Origin: Bdellovibrio sp.
Lineage (GTDB): Bacteria; Bdellovibrionota; Bdellovibrionia; Bdellovibrionales; Bdellovibrionaceae
DNA length: 64,000 nucleotides
Assembly: GCA_036677065.1 (NCBI GenBank)
Contig: JAKFBS010000011.1
Span: forward strand, 160,001-224,000
Direction: 5' to 3'
The notes below the pieces were generated by a model. It was not told where the DNA came from and made no database searches. It worked only from the letters and a program-made list of their open reading frames with translations. Position numbers and translations under genes: made by a program. This document shows positions 61,523-64,000 of this stretch, piece after piece. Every line of letters begins with the position of its first letter. Within the stretch, counting starts at the first letter, position 1.

Positions 61523-61538
61523 CGGCACAACTCTTGTA
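61523..61538 (+). promoter_or_regulatory. Sigma54-like -24/-12 promoter
   Basis: CGGCACAACTCTTGTA vs TGGCACGNNNNTTGCW. Confidence 0.6.
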
Positions 61539-61616
61539 TTAATTCTTCATAAGAACGCTTTGAAAAAAGCTGGGGATAACTATTAAGCGGGGACGCCAAG
61601 TCCGTGGGGATATGAT

Positions 61617-62462
61617 ATGATGAAGGACGTTGTTGAAAATGCAGTTTGGACTAAAACACAAGCTTTGATCCAAGATAAGTATGGAAAAAAGATTGCGTTT
61701 AAAACTATAGATTTAACCAATTCAGCAATGCCTTCTTTTTTAGAAGGTGATGATCTGATCGTGCCGCTAAATTCTAAAGCTATCTATTTAGGGGAAGTGA
61801 TTGTTAATCGTGGTTCATTATTATCAACACAACAACGCGAAGAGATCGTTGATCTTATTAAGTTCTTAGTTGAGCCGCATGTTTACAATAAACATTTAAA
61901 ACTTAAAGAAGAAATCGAAGCTTATAAACGCCAAGCTGCGATGGAAGCTGTAAATCTTGATGATACAGAAGATTCAAATGTATTTTCATTATTTAATGAA
62001 GACGACGAAGAGACTTCATTAGTTAAACTTATTAATTCAGTGATTCATTTACGTTCTACTTCTGGATTAATCCGCAAAAAAGTAGCCTTAAAAATTCACG
62101 ATATGGCTGAACAAAACTTATTCGTGGCCTTTAATGAAATTGCCCGCCAAATGCACTCTGCTGAAGAATTCAAAACTTTTGATAAAACCACGTTTTTTAT
62201 TGAAGACATTGCCCAATTAAATGCCCAAGAGCTTGCACTTCTTGATGCAGCTTGTGCATTAAAATTAGAAGGTCTAGTTTTTATTATCGGAAGCTCTATG
62301 GCTGATAAACAAATCGACGCTTTAGATGTTTCAAAAGAACTTAGAGCTGACATGAATGCAATTTTATTTGATATTGATCGTCTGCCATTTGCTCAACAAA
62401 CTAGTACCGACGTTTTAGAACTACTGTTCTTTTCTACAAGTAATATGGGCGCACAAAATTAA
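61617..62462 (+). CDS. Hypothetical protein resembling a degenerate sigma54-activator AAA+ domain
   Basis: VIHLRSTSGLIRKKVALKIHD, TFFIEDIAQL, FIIGSS echo bEBP Walker A, Walker B and sensor-I regions. Confidence 0.6.
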   Translation: MMKDVVENAVWTKTQALIQDKYGKKIAFKTIDLTNSAMPSFLEGDDLIVPLNSKAIYLGEVIVNRGSLLSTQQREEIVDLIKFLVEPHVYNKHLKLKEEIEAYKRQAAMEAVNLDDTEDSNVFSLFNEDDEETSLVKLINSVIHLRSTSGLIRKKVALKIHDMAEQNLFVAFNEIARQMHSAEEFKTFDKTTFFIEDIAQLNAQELALLDAACALKLEGLVFIIGSSMADKQIDALDVSKELRADMNAILFDIDRLPFAQQTSTDVLELLFFSTSNMGAQN

Positions 62463-62497
62463 TTGCTCGCTCGTGCGGATCATGCCAGCATTAAGGG

Positions 62498-63508
62498 ATG
62501 ACCGCACAAATCGATCAGTTCTTACAAGACTATTTTAAAAACTCACACTACAAAGTTCTGCAGCTTGCAGGCGACGCTTCAGCACGTAAATACTTTCGCG
62601 TAATTTATGAACAAGACACTTATGTGTTAATGTCGTGGGAGCCTTTCGATGCCGACAAATACCCCTTCATCAATGTATTACGTCACTTTGAATCTAGCGG
62701 CGTAAACGTACCTAAAATCAAAAAAATTGGCGCAGAGCACGGTTTACTGTTATTAGAAGACTTAGGCGATCTGACTTTAGAACGAAAATTTTGGGAATCA
62801 GCTAATCAAGAATATTCTTGGGACTACTACAAAAAATCTTTAGATGAAATTATTAAAATTCATACAACAGCTACGCTTTCTCCGAAGCCGACAATTGCAA
62901 AAGAGATCATGTTTGATACCGCAAAATTTTTGTGGGAATTAAATTACGCCCGTGAACATTTAATCGAAGGTGTTTTAAAATTTCAGCTAAAAGACAAAGT
63001 GGCTGCTGATTTACAGAAAGCTTTCACAGACATTGCCGAACGTTTACATAATGAACCAAAAGTAATTTGTCACCGCGATTACCATTCTCGTAATTTAATG
63101 ATTAAGCTTGATGAAGTTTATGTGATTGATTTTCAGGATGCACGCTTAGGCCCGATTCAGTATGACTTAGTCAGTTTATTAAAAGACTCTTATGTTGATA
63201 TCAACGATGATTACGCAGATAAAATGTTGAATTATTATTTTGATAACACTCCCTTTATGCAAGACCGTAAGCTTTCAAAAGAACAGTTTAACGTGATTTA
63301 TGAATTACAAAGCGTACAACGCTGTTTTAAAGCTTGTGGTAGCTTTGCTAGTTTTATGAATACGCGAAATGACCGTCGCTACGCAAAATATTTAAATGGC
63401 ACCTTAAAACGTGTCATGCGCTCTTTAACTCACTTTCCTGAATATAAAATTTTACTTGATGTTTTAATTGATGCCGGAGCCTTTGATAAAAATTATGAAC
63501 GACTCTAA
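62498..63508 (+). CDS. amgK: Anomeric MurNAc/GlcNAc kinase (APH family)
   Basis: LAGDASARKYFR, LLLEDLGD, HRDYHSRNLM, IDFQDA..GPIQYDLVSLLKD. Confidence 0.85.
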   Translation: MTAQIDQFLQDYFKNSHYKVLQLAGDASARKYFRVIYEQDTYVLMSWEPFDADKYPFINVLRHFESSGVNVPKIKKIGAEHGLLLLEDLGDLTLERKFWESANQEYSWDYYKKSLDEIIKIHTTATLSPKPTIAKEIMFDTAKFLWELNYAREHLIEGVLKFQLKDKVAADLQKAFTDIAERLHNEPKVICHRDYHSRNLMIKLDEVYVIDFQDARLGPIQYDLVSLLKDSYVDINDDYADKMLNYYFDNTPFMQDRKLSKEQFNVIYELQSVQRCFKACGSFASFMNTRNDRRYAKYLNGTLKRVMRSLTHFPEYKILLDVLIDAGAFDKNYERL

Positions 63509-64000
63509 AGTTAATGTTTTATTATTTGCAGCTGGCCTTGGCACCCGTCTTCGCCCAGCGACTTTAGAAAATCCAAAGCCGGTGATTCCTTTATTTGGTA
63601 TTCCGATGGGTTATTATTTATTACCGTACATCATTGAACTGCCTGTGGATAAGTTTGTGGTTAATACCTTTCACTTGCCTGAAAAAATTCATGAATGTTA
63701 CGATCGCTTACGCCATTCAATTAAATTTTCAGATGAAACTGGTTTTATCAAAGGCAGCGGTGGCGGCTTAAAGCAGGCTGAAAGTATTTTAGGAAATCAA
63801 AATCCAATTTTAGCCGGTAATGCTGATGAAGTTTTCTTTACGCCTGATTCTCAATTTTTAAAAAAAGCTTTAGATAAACATATCGCTGAAAATGCGTTAG
63901 CAACACTCATCGTGATGAATCATCCAGAAGCCGGTAATAAGTTTGGTGGTATTTGGACTGAGTCGCACGGTAGCGAAACAGTTGTCTCGATCGGCAAAGA
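63495..64000 (+). CDS. murU: Nucleotidyltransferase, MurU-like (partial, runs off window end)
   Basis: Manual translation MNDSKVNVLLFAAGLGTRLRPATLENPKP...VVNTFHL...GSGGGL...GNAD; overlaps amgK stop. Confidence 0.75.
   Translation, partial: MNDSKVNVLLFAAGLGTRLRPATLENPKPVIPLFGIPMGYYLLPYIIELPVDKFVVNTFHLPEKIHECYDRLRHSIKFSDETGFIKGSGGGLKQAESILGNQNPILAGNADEVFFTPDSQFLKKALDKHIAENALATLIVMNHPEAGNKFGGIWTESHGSETVVSIGK

Noticed and set aside
4049..62353. Numerous 60-115 aa ORFs nested in or antisense to long genes
   Set aside because: Overlap well-supported CDSs, lack RBS or motifs, and read like typical off-frame or antisense sequence

Overview
AT-rich bacterial chromosome segment with no tRNA, rRNA, CRISPR array, phage or transposase. 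The gene content (many orphan exported lipoproteins, sigma54 and FliA-like promoters, deltaproteobacterial-type housekeeping proteins) suggests a predatory Bdellovibrionota (Bdellovibrio/Pseudobdellovibrio-like) genome; this taxonomy is inference. Housekeeping loci: xseA (partial), 6S RNA, an IscR-like/sufBCDS/nfu operon with two IscR type-1 boxes, tolQRAB, two cyclophilins, mtgA, a NodI/NodJ-like ABC exporter, typA, dusB, an SNF2 ATPase, a DUF3015-DUF4105 pair, mltG, an astC-M20-astA-astD operon, bamD, hpt, PBP1A, uvrA, an msbA-like exporter, a sigma54 activator and amgK-murU (partial). Most notable: (1) a tandemly duplicated module of an HEIGH zinc-metallopeptidase lipoprotein plus a small coupled partner; (2) a recurrent GTC-N9-GAC palindrome next to sigma54-type promoters of orphan secreted proteins and clustered upstream of the sigma54 activator; (3) a candidate CsrB/Rsm-like sRNA and a 5'UTR with four GGA sites at exact 17-nt spacing; (4) a degenerate AAA+ paralog beside the activator; (5) an AST operon lacking astB and astE. 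All functional calls come from motif reading only; no database searches were run.
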